Assembly: GCF_001194135.2 (NCBI RefSeq)
Contig: NC_068985.1
Span: forward strand, 77,183,472 to 77,228,960
Source: Octopus bimaculoides
Taxonomy: Eukaryota
Reading direction: 5' to 3'
Length of the DNA: 45,489 nucleotides
Under the pieces are notes generated by a model that was not told the DNA's origin, did no database searches, and saw only the letters and a list, made by a program, of their open reading frames with translations. Positions 22,901 to 35,661 of the stretch are shown here, piece by piece. Position 1 is the first letter of the stretch. Each line of letters begins with the position of its first letter. Made by a program: the position numbers and the translations under genes.

Positions 22901-23680
22901 ATCTTAACCTCTTTATTGTATGCTTGCGAAACCTGGACTGTGTATCATAAGCACTTAAAACTTATGGAACATTTTTATCAACAATGTCTGAGAAGGATTT
23001 TGAGGATCAGCTAGAAAATGTTTGTGAGTGACGATGAGGTGTTTGAAAGAGGGAAATGCTTCAGTATTGAAGCTTTGCTATTGCAGTACAAATTGAGATG
23101 GAGTGGACACTTAGTAAGAGTGGTAGACAGCAGAATGCTTAAACAACTTTTTTATGGAGAATTGGTGACAGGTAAGCATCTGTCCCACAAACCAAAGATG
23201 AGGTACAAAGATTGTCTGAAGTCGGGATTGAATAAGATAAATGTTCCAATTGACAACTGGGAAGATTTTGCGCATTGCTGAGAAAAATGGAAAAAAGTTG
23301 TGCATGAAGGTAAAAATAAATTTGAAAGGAAGAGAATGGAGCATGCAAAGATCAAAAGAAAGATGTGAAAAAGTGACAGGAATGATGTTCTAACAAACAT
23401 TAATGAACGTGATGATCTTACATGTGATGAATGTGGAAAGATTTGTCTTAGTGAGGTTGGGCTAAAGAGCCATATGAAATCACACATTGCACAACCACAC
23501 ATTGATTATAGTTGGGCGAATGTATACTCTATCATAAAATATGCAGATCAAAAAGGGGCTTGAAAAAACAGTAAAGTTCGTGGAGCTGTAAACTATACAA
23601 GCACCAAGTTTTCTTGCACTAATTGTCAAAAAACATGCAAGTCTTTGGCAGGCCTCAAAAGCCATATTCGTGCAGCTCAA
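19930..23680 (+). mobile_element. Near-full-length, inactivated RTE-clade LINE (AP endonuclease, RT, C-terminal zinc fingers)
   Basis: Endonuclease motifs: IGC*NVRTLLD, IDIVVLSEARL, YAPT, IILGDSNARIG, WHLIDCMI, TDHRLV. RT motifs: NFRGICLL, ESQSGFR, FIDLTKxFDSV, GVKQGDILAPTLF, KTVVMFQP, YLGSTL, LLYACETWT, LRWSGHLVRV. Many stops and frameshifts. Confidence 0.93.
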
Positions 23681-23764
23681 ATATGATATTCTGGGGCATA
23701 AAAAATCAGGCAATAGCTCTACTCGAAATCGAGTTGGCAATCATCAGTTATGTATGATGATTGT

Positions 23765-23765
23765 C

Positions 23766-23817
<52 letters not shown>

Positions 23818-23975
23818 CGCGCGCACGCACACACATTCACACGCACGCACGCATGCAAACACACATGCATACGCGCGCGCGCGCGCACACATACATACAT
23901 ACATACATACACACACATATACATACATACATGCATGCATACATGCATACATACATACATACATACACGCATGCA
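23765..23975. repeat. Compound (CA)/(CG)/(TACA) microsatellite
   Basis: Direct reading. Confidence 0.9.
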
Positions 23976-24144
23976 TACTCCAATAAGTCATCTTCCTGTG
24001 ATTAGTAAAGTCTTTGAATCTATTATTAAGGTAGATTTGGTCAGGTACTCTGACTCTCCAGGCTTCTTTCTGAGTTTCAATAGAGTTTTCGTGTACCTAG
24101 ATCTACTACCGACATTTTCATTGTCATATCCTTTTTTACTCTAG

Positions 24145-24338
24145 ACACAAGGCCCGAAATTTTGGGGAAGGGGGCTATTCGATTAGATCGACCCCTGTGC
24201 GTAATTGGTACTTAATTTATCGACCCGATAAGATGAAAGGCAAAGTCGACATCGGCGGAATTTGAACTCAGAACGTAAAGACAGACGAAATACCGCTAAG
24301 CATTTCGCCCGGTGTGCTAACGTTGCTGCCAGCTCGCC
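24145..24338 (-). mobile_element. tRNA-derived SINE
   Basis: Minus-strand GGCGAGCTGGCAG..CGTTAGC head, then GAGTTCAAATTCC B box. A second copy lies at 6540-6746. Confidence 0.85.
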
Positions 24339-25609
24339 CTGTCGTTCATTTAACTCTTCTAGTGAAGCTAAGGCCATCGATTGTGATATCTCAAAATCGT
24401 CTGAGGAAGGGTGGCACACTGGGCTGATTCATAAGCCAGATTCTATGCTCTGTCTGGGCTTTTCTTTACTATCAACACTGTTCTTTCAAATCACAGAATC
24501 AAGGCTAGCAGTAAAAAAAGAAAAAGATTAAAGAAAAATCCAGAAACTCCACAATAGCTGTGATCCGTGGTTCGACAAACAAAATTACATAATTCTCACT
24601 GCCACGATCAAACTCTTTGGCCCTGACGTGGACAAAAACGAATCACTCCCAATGACAACAACAACAATAGCGAAAGAGAAGTGACCTACAAGCAGTCCTT
24701 CAAAAAGACATATGCACACTTCTTCGAAAGACCCAATACAATACAAATAGATAAAATTAATGAGCTTGAACAAAATTTAGATTTTCATTCGTAAGACTAA
24801 CAACGATTTAGTATACTGCTTACAGTACAAATGGACAAAGAAATGGGATCGGTTTTAGATAGCACATGACGTGCGACCTGAATTGTCTACTGTAAACCAA
24901 GAGTTCCTCACCGAAGATTCTGAAATCTTCAGCTAAAAGCAATACAGGAAGTTAGTTGCGGAGCTACGTCATCAGAAACATGGCGTACCCTAATCAACAC
25001 AAGAAGACTTTTAAACTTTATATGAGTACATTATTGTAATTTTTGTATCTTCCATCTTTTGAATTTTCTTTGAATTTTGTTGCATTTCTCTCAGTTCTTG
25101 TTAATAAATAAAGATTATTATTACTGTCATGTTTTCGTTGTTGTTGTTGATTTATTTTCTACAAGCTGTTCCAAGTCTCATTCAGACATCTCCAAGAACA
25201 ATAATTTACACGTTTTATTGTGTGTGTTATTTGAGTAACACGGATAGATTTCAGGCAAAGGAAACCATATACTGAAAATTAGATGCCATTATATGTTTGT
25301 TGTGATATTTGCGATTTTGAAAGATTTTAAGAAATTCAAATATTCTCAGGTCGATGGTGTTTTTCTTAGGATGCGAGCTATACGGATTAGAACAATATTT
25401 TGAAGTTCTGATACTTTATAGTTTTCTGGAATTTAAAGTATTTAAGAGAACCATTTGGTGTTTAGCCAAAGTGCCTAAGGTTACAGGTATAGTTCTCTTA
25501 ATTAGATGCCACATATTTGAGACCTCTTTTTCAAGGTCCGTGTATCAACTCCAGTTTTCACAGTGTTTTCACAGTGTTTTCACAGAGGCGGTGCAGTTTT
25601 CTGGAGTTA

Positions 25610-25611
<2 letters not shown>

Positions 25612-25650
<39 letters not shown>

Positions 25651-26110
25651 GAGTGAGAGAGCAGTGCATGCCATCAAAGTGACATTGGGGTAAAATATAC
25701 GAAACCCAATGTACCCATCATGACTACCTATTTGATATGGGTACACCAGGCAGGTGCATCACAACCATATGTGTGCGACATGGTGATCTCATATAAAGAT
25801 AAACAGCGCATGGCTTTGCAGGTGGGGGCCCAGTTAGAGTAGCCCATCCCGTTCAAAAGGTCCTTGAATAAGGGGTGTATAAGGATGTTGAACGAAACAC
25901 CCATGCTTCCACAGGCAAATTATTAAAATCCCAAAGAATTCCTCTCAATACATGGCTCTGATGCTCCACCACTACTTCTGCTCGTTGTTAGAGATGCACG
26001 TATCGTCAGCCATCAAGCGACATGCTCAACTGGTTAAGAGCAGAAGCCGTGAGAACCAGTGCCTGGTACTACATCAGAGCATTTGTTATTATTAATTATT
26101 ATTATTATCA
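25612..26110 (-). repeat. About 435-bp non-coding interspersed element bounded by (TAA)n tracts
   Basis: Complex sequence 25651-26085 between (ATT)n at about 25612-25650 and an imperfect ATT run at about 26086-26108. No ORF. Confidence 0.5.
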
Positions 26111-26111
26111 T

Positions 26112-28525
26112 AACCCTTGCACAGCTTCTACCGCTGGAGATGTACTACAGTGTCAGCTGTTCACTACCAATGAACTAAGGTAACACCTTTTATTTTTCGA
26201 GCACCTTCCGGAGTATTCGAGCGGTTCCAAGCAGTGCTGTTTTCTGAAGTGCTCCACCTTTATTGCAGCCCCTATTTGTTCCACGTACTTCTCGAGATTT
26301 TTGCTCACTGTTCCCAGGGCTCCAACAATTATTGATAATACTGCTACCTTTTTCATCGGCCACAACTACTTAACTACCCAAGCTAACCTGTCATATCTCT
26401 CAACTTTTCTTTCTTCCTTATCGCATACCTTTTTTTTAGCTGGGCATGCTATATCTATGATCCAGCATAATTTATTTTCTTTCTCAATTAAGACTATGTC
26501 TGGCTTCCTATTCTCTATCTCATGATCGCACTGAATCATAAAATCCCATAGTATCTTTCATATCTATTTCCGAAGATGCCTTCAGGTTTGTGGTCGTACC
26601 AATTTTTTGCTCTGTCAAGTCCATACTTGTTGCAAAGTGTCCAATGAACAAGCCTAGCTATATTGTCGTGGCGTCTCTTATATTCCTCCTAGGCTAGTGG
26701 CGTACATTGGCTGGTAATATGCCATACGGTTTCGCCATTTTGTCTACAGGTTCTGCATTTATCACTTTCTGCTGTGTTGTCTATTCTGTATTTTATGTAG
26801 TTTGTTCTTAGTGCTGGCTCTTGGGCAGCACAAATTAGAGCCCCCGTTTCCGGTTTTAAATCACTTTTAGTCATCCACAGCCATCTTTTTTCTCCGTCTG
26901 TCTTATTTTCAACATCCCTATGAAATTGACCATACATTCTTTTCTTTACCCACCTATTTTCTGTTTCATTAGTTTTCAATTTCTTGTATATTGTTTATCT
27001 TTGCAATCTTTCATCCTACCCGAGCCTGACCTTCTTATTCTAATAATAGCGGTTCTGTGGCATTTTTTACATACCATGCTATGTTGTTTTCTTCTGCTCT
27101 AATGCTGTGTTCGCATCCAATAAGTCTTTTTCCTCCCTCTTTTTCTTGGTACATACAGTCTGTTTGTGTCACTTTTTGGGTGGAGTATCCTATAACTAGT
27201 TAGCAACTTCCTTGTCTTTCTGGCTAAGCTGTTTAGTTCGTCTACTGTCCATGCGATCACCCCTTCTCTATATCTAAGGAATGAAACTGCTCAGGTGTTG
27301 ATAACTTCGATCTTATTCCGTCTGTTTAATTTCGACTTAAGGATTAGTCTCAGTCTGAGGAAGTACCCCACCTTAAATTTTTCTGTGATTTCTTTCTCCA
27401 ATTTATCCATTTCCAAAATCCCCAAGTACTTATAGCCCGTCTCTTCTATCTGCTTCATAACTTCCCCCGACGGTATCGTTAGCCCATCCATACATTTGAT
27501 TTTGCCTCTCTTCAAGACTAACACACCACACTCTCTCAGTCCGAACTCCATTCTGATATCAGTTCTGAAGGTATACTCTGTATCAACGAGAGAACTGACT
27601 TGGGTTTCATCTTTACCATAAAGTTTGAGGTCAACCATGAATAACAAATGGTTGACTTTGTTGGTGGCTTTTGAATACATACCTAGCCTTTGCTTTCCTC
27701 AAAATCAGTGTAAGTGGTATCAAGCACAGTACAAAGATCAGTGGAGACAGGCAGTCCATTTGGAAGATGCCCCTCCTAATTTCTACTGTCCCTAAACTTC
27801 TTCCGTATGCTGTCAGGTCCGTCCTCCAATTCGTCATACTTTTTCCAAGCAATCGCTCGACATTCGATGCAATACCAAAGAGGTTCGTACACTCCATAAT
27901 CCAAGAATGTGGGATCATATCGTACGCCTTACGATAGTCGATCCATGACATGGCTAAGTTAGTTTTCCTCCTCTTGCAGTCTCTGAGTACAGTTTTGTCT
28001 ATCAGGAGTTGATCCTTGGTACCTCTGTACTTACGCTTGCAATCCTTCTGCTCATGTGGCAGGACTCCATTTTTTTCCAGATGTTCGTACATTGACTCTG
28101 CGAGTATTCCAGTCAATAACTTCCACATAAGTGGCAAGCAGGATATCGGCCTGTAATTGTCTACCGTATTGCCTTTTTCGATGTTTTTCAGGCACAGCAC
28201 TGTCCTACCCAATGTCAACCACTCTGGTGTTACTTGGTCTGCATTTAACAAGGTGTTGAGTTGCGCAGCTATTCGTGCATGACGTTCACCAAATCTTTTG
28301 ATCCAGTAGCCTTGAATCCCATCTGGTCCCGGGGCCCTTCAGTTGCTCATTTATTTTGCTGATTTCCTTCACTTCCCAAACTGAAATGACTCGTTCTGCT
28401 TGCTTTGGACAGACTACTGTTTGTTTCAGTTCTTGCAACGATTCAGCATCCTTCTGGTGCTCCTTGTCTTTGCCCCAGATGTCACTCCAAAACCTTTAAC
28501 TTTCAATGCAATCTGGTATCATATA
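26112..28525 (-). mobile_element. 5'-truncated R4/Dong-clade non-LTR retrotransposon (RT, CCHC knuckle, restriction-like endonuclease)
   Basis: [99 protein letters not shown]. The 3' end runs into a TAA tract. Confidence 0.9.
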
Positions 28526-29124
28526 TGATATTGCCTTGTCATTTGAGCCCTGTTTGTCTGCGAATCCATAAGTCAGAACCTGTATTCGTGCATTTGTCAT
28601 TATGTTGGGTGTATTAATGTTTAAAATACAGAATCAGCGATCTAGCCGAGCTGTATTTTATCTATTTGTTTAAGCATGCGAGATAGAAAAGTACCTAAAG
28701 TAGGTAGAAGAATATAGCGAAGGCTGGTAGAAGAATATAGCGAAGGCTGTCTATTACGAGGGATAAGGGAATGTCACATCCGATTGCTCAGTGTTGTGAA
28801 AATCGGCAAATCCACGAGAGAAGTTCGTTGGGGAATTTAATGAAGAGTTATTACCCTTGCACAATGATCAGAATGTTTCCACTGGACCAAAATAATGCCT
28901 ATAGAGAGGGTTTCGTGGATTCAGCTGCAATGATATGTGTTGAGAAATGCGCAGATTAGGGACAGAAAGAAGAGGAGACGTGAAGGCTAATCTTAATATA
29001 AGGGGCCGAAATGTAGATGTATATGTTTGTCAATATTATGGTATGACTGAGATACGGGAGTTTTTGAAGAGTTGCCTCCCTTAGCATAAAGTTTTCCTAA
29101 GGAATTTAGTGGTTGTTTTAGCAT

Positions 29125-29314
29125 TTTCAGTAATCAGACTACGGCCATGCTGGGACACCGCCTTGAAGATGCTTAACAAATCGACACCATTTCTTTCTTC
29201 CTTATGCCTGGTACTTTTTTTATTGCCTTCATTTACCGAAACACTAATTTACGACAACGTAAACACACCAACAAGAGTTATCAAGCGCTGTTGGGAGACA
29301 AACAGACATAAACA

Positions 29315-29315
<1 letters not shown>
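29125..29315 (-). mobile_element. SINE body/tail fragment, family of 7487-7903
   Basis: CAGTAATCAGACTACGGCCATGCTGGGACACCGCCTT...AAATCGAC...GTAAACACACCAAC parallels 7500-7680. Confidence 0.7.
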
Positions 29316-29375
<60 letters not shown>

Positions 29376-29432
29376 GTCTGTCTAACTGTCTGCCTCTCTA
29401 TCTCGCTTTCTCTACCTCGCTCTCTCTATCTA

Positions 29433-29492
<60 letters not shown>

Positions 29493-29540
29493 TGTGTGTG
29501 TATGTGTGTATGTGTGTGTTTGTGTGTGTGTGCGTGTGTG
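29316..29540. repeat. (TATC)n/(TC)n/(TG)n compound microsatellite
   Basis: Direct reading. Confidence 0.9.
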
Positions 29541-30132
29541 AAGTATCCCATCATGCACCAGTTTACAACAATTGATGCTAGATTTAGTAATGTGCGCCGA
29601 CGGATGCATATCCACAAGCATAATGTCCACTTAAGTGAAGTGAAATAGCGGCAAGCCAGTGAGCCAGCAAGCGGCGGAGTTTTGCTAAGTGCTGGACGTT
29701 GCTGTTGTAGTAATCGTCGTGTTAGGAAGATCCATAGGTATTTCCTGTTGGTGTGGATAACCACAGCATAAGTGTGTGATGACGAGTGCAGGGGTGTGGT
29801 GATGTGTTGAGGAGCATTTGTGGGTAAGATTGGGACATAGTAGTAGTAAGGGCAGTGTGGCATGAGAGTGAAGGACTATTGACTAATTGGCAGCGGCAAA
29901 GTGAAATCTGAAAGCGAGTGAGCGTGTGCTAGTTGCAAGTAGTGTATTTGGGAGTTAGAATAAAAGAAAGGAAGAAAGTTTGATCAGCCGATGCAATAGT
30001 GAACTGGTAGAAGAAAAGTAGAGTAACGACTTGAAAATTGTGACAAAAGTGAGTATAGATTGTAAAATGTTAAAAGCTGCTTGCATTTAGTCATTTATTA
30101 GAATAAAGGTACTAAAATGCAGGTTGACAATT

Positions 30133-30252
30133 GCTTACGGCCATATCACGCTGAGAGCACCGGTTCTCGTCCGATCACCGATGTTATGCAACGTCGAGCC
30201 TAGTGAGTACTTAGATGGGTGTCCGCTTGGGAAACCTAGGTGCTGTAAGCAT
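30133..30252 (+). rRNA. 5S rRNA class A, 3 private substitutions
   Basis: GCTTACGGCCATATCACGCTGAGAGCACCGGTTCTCGTCCGATCACCG...GGTGCTGTAAGCAT; helices I-V can be drawn. Confidence 0.85.
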
Positions 30253-30869
30253 CGCACACTTTTTGTTTAATGTTATTACTTGTAAAAAGTTTTATAAGTT
30301 TTCACCTATGCCTCTGGCAGCTGAAATTATAAAGAAACTTTAGAGTAGATTTTATATTTTCTTTTCCTTCTTCTCTCTCTTTTTTTCATTTCACTCGCTT
30401 CTATTGCAAGAGGCGTTCAACCGTTCACTGCTGNNNNNNNNNNNNNNNNNNNNNNNNNNNNNNNNNNNNNNNNNNNNNNNNNNNNNNNNNNNNNNNNNNN
30501 NNNNNNNNNNNNNNNNNNNNNNNNNNNNNNNNNNNNNNNNNNNNNNNNNNNNNNNNNNNNNNNNNNNNNNNNNNNNNNNNNNNNNNNNNNNNNNNNNNNN
30601 NNNNNNNNNNNNNNNNNNNNNNNNNNNNNNNNNNNNNNNNNNNNNNNNNNNNNNNNNNNNNNNNNNNNNNNNNNNNNNNNNNNNNNNNNNNNNNNNNNNN
30701 NNNNNNNNNNNNNNNNNNNNNNNNNNNNNNNNNNNNNNNNNNNNNNNNNNNNNNNNNNNNNNNNNNNNNNNNNNNNNNNNNNNNNNNNNNNNNNNNNNNN
30801 NNNNNNNNNNNNNNNNNNNNNNNNNNNNNNNACTTTTTACAAGTAATAACATTAAACAAAAAGTGTGCG

Positions 30870-30989
30870 ATGCTTACAGCACCTAGGTTTCCCAAGCGGT
30901 CACCCATCAAAGTACTAACTAGGCTCGACTTTGCTTAACTTCGGTGATCGGACGAGAACCGGTGTTTTCAAAGTGATATGGCCGTGAAA
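30870..30989 (-). rRNA. 5S rRNA chimera: class B 5' part, class A 3' end and downstream flank
   Basis: TTTGAAAAC, CAAAG and T73 are class B. G117 and the flank CGCACACTTTTTG are class A. Confidence 0.8.
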
Positions 30990-32555
30990 GATAGAGAAGT
31001 GTCATTCGAACCGTTTTCTGTAATACACCGTCTGAACATAGGAAATCGTTTTGTGGTTATGAATTGAATTTGTGTTATCTTGTATGTGTATTACTGAGTT
31101 TTATTTTACTCACATCTCAGCATCTGTCGCTTTGTCTTTGCCGGCCAGTTGCAATTAGCATACTTTCGATGAAGATTGTTGTCATAAGCAGCATTGCTTG
31201 TTTACCTCCGACAACGTCGCTCGCTGTAAAGTGTCCCATCATGTACCAGTCACTAGACATGATGCGAGCTTTAGTAATATGCACGTAGAGAGTCATTTCC
31301 ACTAGCAAAAAGTCCACGGAAGTGAAATGAAAGATGGGTGAGTCACAAGCGGGCAAATTTTGCTAAATACTGGACGTTGATGTGGCGAGCGTCGCATCAG
31401 GAAGATCCATAGCTATTTGATATTGGTGCTGATAGCCAGAGAATTAGTTTGTGATGAAGTGTGGTGATGTGTTGAGGAGCATTTGTGGGTAAGATTGGGA
31501 CAGAAGTAATAGTAGTAAGGGCAGTGTCGCGTGACAGTGAAGGACTATTGACTAATGGGCAGCGGCAAAGTGAAATCTGAAAGCGAGTGAGCTTGAAGCT
31601 AGTTGCTAGTGGTGTATTTGGGAGTTAGAATAAAAGAAACAAAGTTTGATCAGCCGATGCAATAGTGAACTGGTAGAAGAAAAGTAGAGTAAAGNNNNNN
31701 NNNNNNNNNNNNNNNNNNNNNNNNNNNNNNNNNNNNNNNNNNNNNNNNNNNNNNNNNNNNNNNNNNNNNNNNNNNNNNNNNNNNNNNNNNNNNNNNNNNN
31801 NNNNNNNNNNNNNNNNNNNNNNNNNNNNNNNNNNNNNNNNNNNNNNNNNNNNNNNNNNNNNNNNNNNNNNNNNNNNNNNNNNNNNNNNNNNNNNNNNNNN
31901 NNNNNNNNNNNNNNNNNNNNNNNNNNNNNNNNNNNNNNNNNNNNNNNNNNNNNNNNNNNNNNNNNNNNNNNNNNNNNNNNNNNNNNNNNNNNNNNNNNNN
32001 NNNNNNNNNNNNNNNNNNNNNNNNNNNNNNNNNNNNNNNNNNNNNNNNNNNNNNNNNNNNNNNNNNNNNNNNNNNNNNNNNNNNNNNNNNNNNNNNNNNN
32101 NNNNNNNNNNNNNNNNNNNNNNNNNNNNNNNNNNNNNNNNNNNNNNNNNNNNNNNNNNNNNNNNNNNNNNNNNNNNNNNNNNNNNNNNNNNNNNNNNNNN
32201 NNNNNNNNNNNNNNNNNNNNNNNNNNNNNNNNNNNNNNNNNNNNNNNNNNNNNNNNNNNNNNNNNNNNNNNNNNNNNNNNNNNNNNNNNNNNNNNNNNNN
32301 NNNNNNNNNNNNNNNNNNNNNNNNNNNNNNNNNNNNNNNNNNNNNNNNNNNNNNNNNNNNNNNNNNNNNNNNNNNNNNNNNNNNNNNNNNNNNNNNNNNN
32401 NNNNNNNNNNNNNNNNNNNNNNNNNNNNNNNNNNNNNNNNNNNNNNNNNNNNNNNNNNNNNNNNNNNNNNNNNNNNNNNNNNNNNNNNNNNNNNNNNNNN
32501 NNNNNNNNNNNNNNNNNNNNNNNNNNNNNNNNNNNNNNNNNNNNNNNNNNNNNNN

Positions 32556-32595
32556 GGACGAGAACCGGTGTTTTCAAAGTGATATGGCCGTGAAC
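32556..32595 (-). rRNA. 5S rRNA class B, 5' 40 nt (rest in gap)
   Basis: Reverse complement GTTCACGGCCATATCACTTTGAAAACACCGGTTCTCGTCC. Confidence 0.8.
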
Positions 32596-33408
32596 GATAG
32601 AGAGGTGTCATTCGAACCGTTTTCTGTAATACACCGTCTGAACATAGGAAATCGTTGTGTGGTTATGAATTGAATTTTTGTTATCTTGTATGTGTATTAC
32701 TGAGTTTTATTTTACTCACATCTCAGCATCTGTCGCTTTGTCTTTGCCGGCCAGTTGCAATTAGCATACTTTCGATGAAGATTGTTGTCATAAGCAGCAT
32801 TGCTTGTTTACCTCCGACAACATCGCTCGCTGTAAAGTGTCCCATCATCCACCAATCACTAGACTTGATGCGGGCTTTAGTAATATGCACGTAGAGAGTG
32901 ATTTCCACTAGCATAAAGTCCACGGAAGTTAAATGAAACATGGGCGAGTCACAAGCGGGTAAATTTTGCTAAATACTGGACGTTGATGTGGCGAGCGTCG
33001 CGTCAGGAAGATCCATAGCTATTTGCTATTGGTGCAGATAGCCAGAGAATTAGTTTGTGATGACGTGTGGTGATGTGTTGAGGAGCATTTGTGGGTAAGA
33101 TTGGGACACAAGTAGTAGTAGTAAGGGCAGTGTGGCGTGTCAGTGAAGGTCTATTGACTAATTGGCAGCGGCAAAGTGAAATCTGAAAGCTAGTGAGCGT
33201 GAAGCTAGTTGCAAGTGGTGTATTTGGGAGTTAGAATAAAAGAAAGAAAGAAAGTTTGATCAGCCGATGCAATAGTGAACTGGTAGAAGAAAAGTAGAGT
33301 AAAGAGTTGAAAATTGTGACAAAAGTGAGTATAAATTGTAAAATGTTAAAAGGTGCTTGCATTTAGTCGTTTATTAGAATAAAGGTACTAAAAGGCAGGA
33401 TGATAATC

Positions 33409-33528
33409 GCTTTCGGCCATATCACGCTGAGAGCACCGGTTCTCGTCCGATCACCGAAGTTAATCAACTTCCAGCCTAGTGAGTACTTAGATGTGTGACC
33501 GCTTGGGAAACCTAGGTGCTGTAAGCAT
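33409..33528 (+). pseudogene. 5S rRNA class A, 5 uncompensated substitutions
   Basis: A5T, G56T, G61T, G64C and G86T versus the class consensus. Confidence 0.75.
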
Positions 33529-34071
33529 CGCACACCTTTTGTTTAATGTTATTACTTTAAAAATGTTTTATAAGTTTTCACCTATGTCTCTGGCAGCTGA
33601 AATTTCAAAGAAACTTTAGAGTAAATTTTATGTTTTCTTTTCCTTCTTCTCTCTCTTTTTTCATTTCACTCGCTACTATTTCAAGAGGCGTTCAACCGTT
33701 CACTGCTGCAGTTGCCTGCTCTATGCTACTTCAACATTTGCACATGTAGGAGAGCCGATCAAATTGACTCTGCCCATAAGTATGAGTAAAATGAAGTTTA
33801 ATCGTCGAGCACGATTCACCAGGGAGCCAATATACTGAGGTAAGAATTAGCGAAAGCCGCATGAAACTAGAAGCGGGTGGTGGCCTGGACTATATGACTA
33901 AGCAAACATTGGCAACAGTTATTTCACTTTGAAGAATAAAGCTGTAAAAGTGCAATGAGAGAAAAGCATGGAAATTGGTGTCTGTAAATATGTATATTTG
34001 TGTGCGAGGCAAAAGCGAAAGAAGAGACAGACATGAAGTAGAGAACACTTCCGAAAGAAAAGAATGGAAAG

Positions 34072-34191
34072 ATGTTTACAGCACCTAGGTTTCTCAAAAC
34101 GTCACCTATTTAAGTACTAACTAGGCTTGACTTTGCTTAACTGCGGTGATCGGACGAGAACCGGTGTTTTCAAAGTGATATGGCCGTAAAC
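34072..34191 (-). pseudogene. 5S rRNA class B, box C/helix IV degenerate
   Basis: The box C region reads TTAAATAGGTGACGTTTTGAG instead of TTAGATGGGTGACCGCTTGGG. Confidence 0.75.
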
Positions 34192-35013
34192 GATGGTGAG
34201 GTGTCATTCGAACCGTTTTCTGTAATACACCGTCTGAACATAGGAAATCGTTGTGTGGTTATGAATTGAATTTGTGTTATCTTGTATGTGTATTACTGAG
34301 TTTCATTTTACTCACATCTCAGCATCTGTCGCTTTGTCTTTGCCGGCCAGTTGCAATTAGCATACTTTCGATGAAGATTGTTGTCATAAGCAGCATTGCT
34401 TGTTTNNNNNNNNNNNNNNNNNNNNNNNNNNNNNNNNNNNNNNNNNNNNNNNNNNNNNNNNNNNNNNNNNNNNNNNNNNNNNNNNNNNNNNNNNNNNNNN
34501 NNNNNNNNNNNNNNNNNNNNNNNNNNNNNNNNNNNNNNNNNNNNNNNNNNNNNNNNNNNNNNNNNNNNNNNNNNNNNNNNNNNNNNNNNNNNNNNNNNNN
34601 NNNNNNNNNNNNNNNNNNNNNNNNNNNNNNNNNNNNNNNNNNNNNNNNNNNNNNNNNNNNNNNNNNNNNNNNNNNNNNNNNNNNNNNNNNNNNNNNNNNN
34701 NNNNNNNNNNNNNNNNNNNNNNNNNNNNNNNNNNNNNNNNNNNNNNNNNNNNNNNNNNNNNNNNNNNNNNNNNNNNNNNNNNNNNNNNNNNNNNNNNNNN
34801 NNNGAGCGTGAAGCTAGTTGCTAGTGGTGTATTTGGGAGTTAGAATAAAAGAAAGAAAGTTCGATCAGCCGATGCAATAGTGAACTGGTAGAAGAAAAGT
34901 AGAGTAAAGATTTGAAAATTGTGACAAAAGTGAGTATAAATTGTAAAATGTTAAAAGGTGCATGCATTTAGTCGTTTATTAGAATAAAGGTACTAAAAGG
35001 CAGTTTGGTAATC

Positions 35014-35133
35014 GATTATGGCCATTTCACGCTGAGAGCACCGGTTCTCGTCCGATCACCGAATTTAAGAAATGTCGAGCCTAGTTAGTACTCAGATGGG
35101 TGACCGCTTGGGAAAAATAGGTGCTGTAAAGAT
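35014..35133 (+). pseudogene. 5S chimera: class A 5' part, class B 3' part and downstream flank
   Basis: The upstream flank and GCTGAGAGC are class A. T73, A117 and the flank TTCTTTTATTTCAGAAG are class B. Several private changes. Confidence 0.78.
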
Positions 35134-35661
35134 GTCTCTATTCTTTTATTTCAGAAGTATTCTCTACTTCAAGTCTGTCTCTTCTTTCGCTTTTGCCTCG
35201 CATACAAATTTACAGGCACCAATTTCCATGCTTTTCTCTCACTGCACTTTCACAGCTTTATTCTGCAAAGTGAAATAACTGTTGCCAATGTTTGCTTAGT
35301 CATATAGTCCAAGCCACCACCCGCATGCGGCTTTCTCTATTTCTTACTTCAGTATATTGTCTCCCTGGTGAATCGTACTCGACGATTAAACTTCATTTTA
35401 CTCATTCTTTATGGGCAGAGTCAATTTGATCGGCTCTCCTACATGTGCAAATGTTGAAAGTAGCATAGAGCAGACAACTGCAGCAGTGAACGGTTGAACG
35501 CCTCTTGCAATAGTAGCGAGTGAAATGAAAAAGAGTGAGAGAAGAAGGAAAAGAAAATATAAAATCTACTCTAAAGTTTCTTTGAAATTTCAGCTGCCAG
35601 AGGCATAGGTGAAAACTTATAAAATTTTTTTTAAGTAATAACATTAAACAAAAATTGTGCG

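Noticed and set aside
24490-25010. Possible Penelope end with a degenerate hammerhead (CCGAAGA-TTCTGAAATCTTCAG-CTAAA)
   Set aside because: The core nucleotides CUGA and GAAA are not intact, and there is no supporting protein motif.
33055-33195. C/D-box snoRNA-like pattern (GTGATGA...CTGA) in the long 5S spacer
   Set aside because: The motifs are short, a terminal stem forms well in only one copy, the D box is lost in the terminal copy, and I saw no rRNA guide complementarity.
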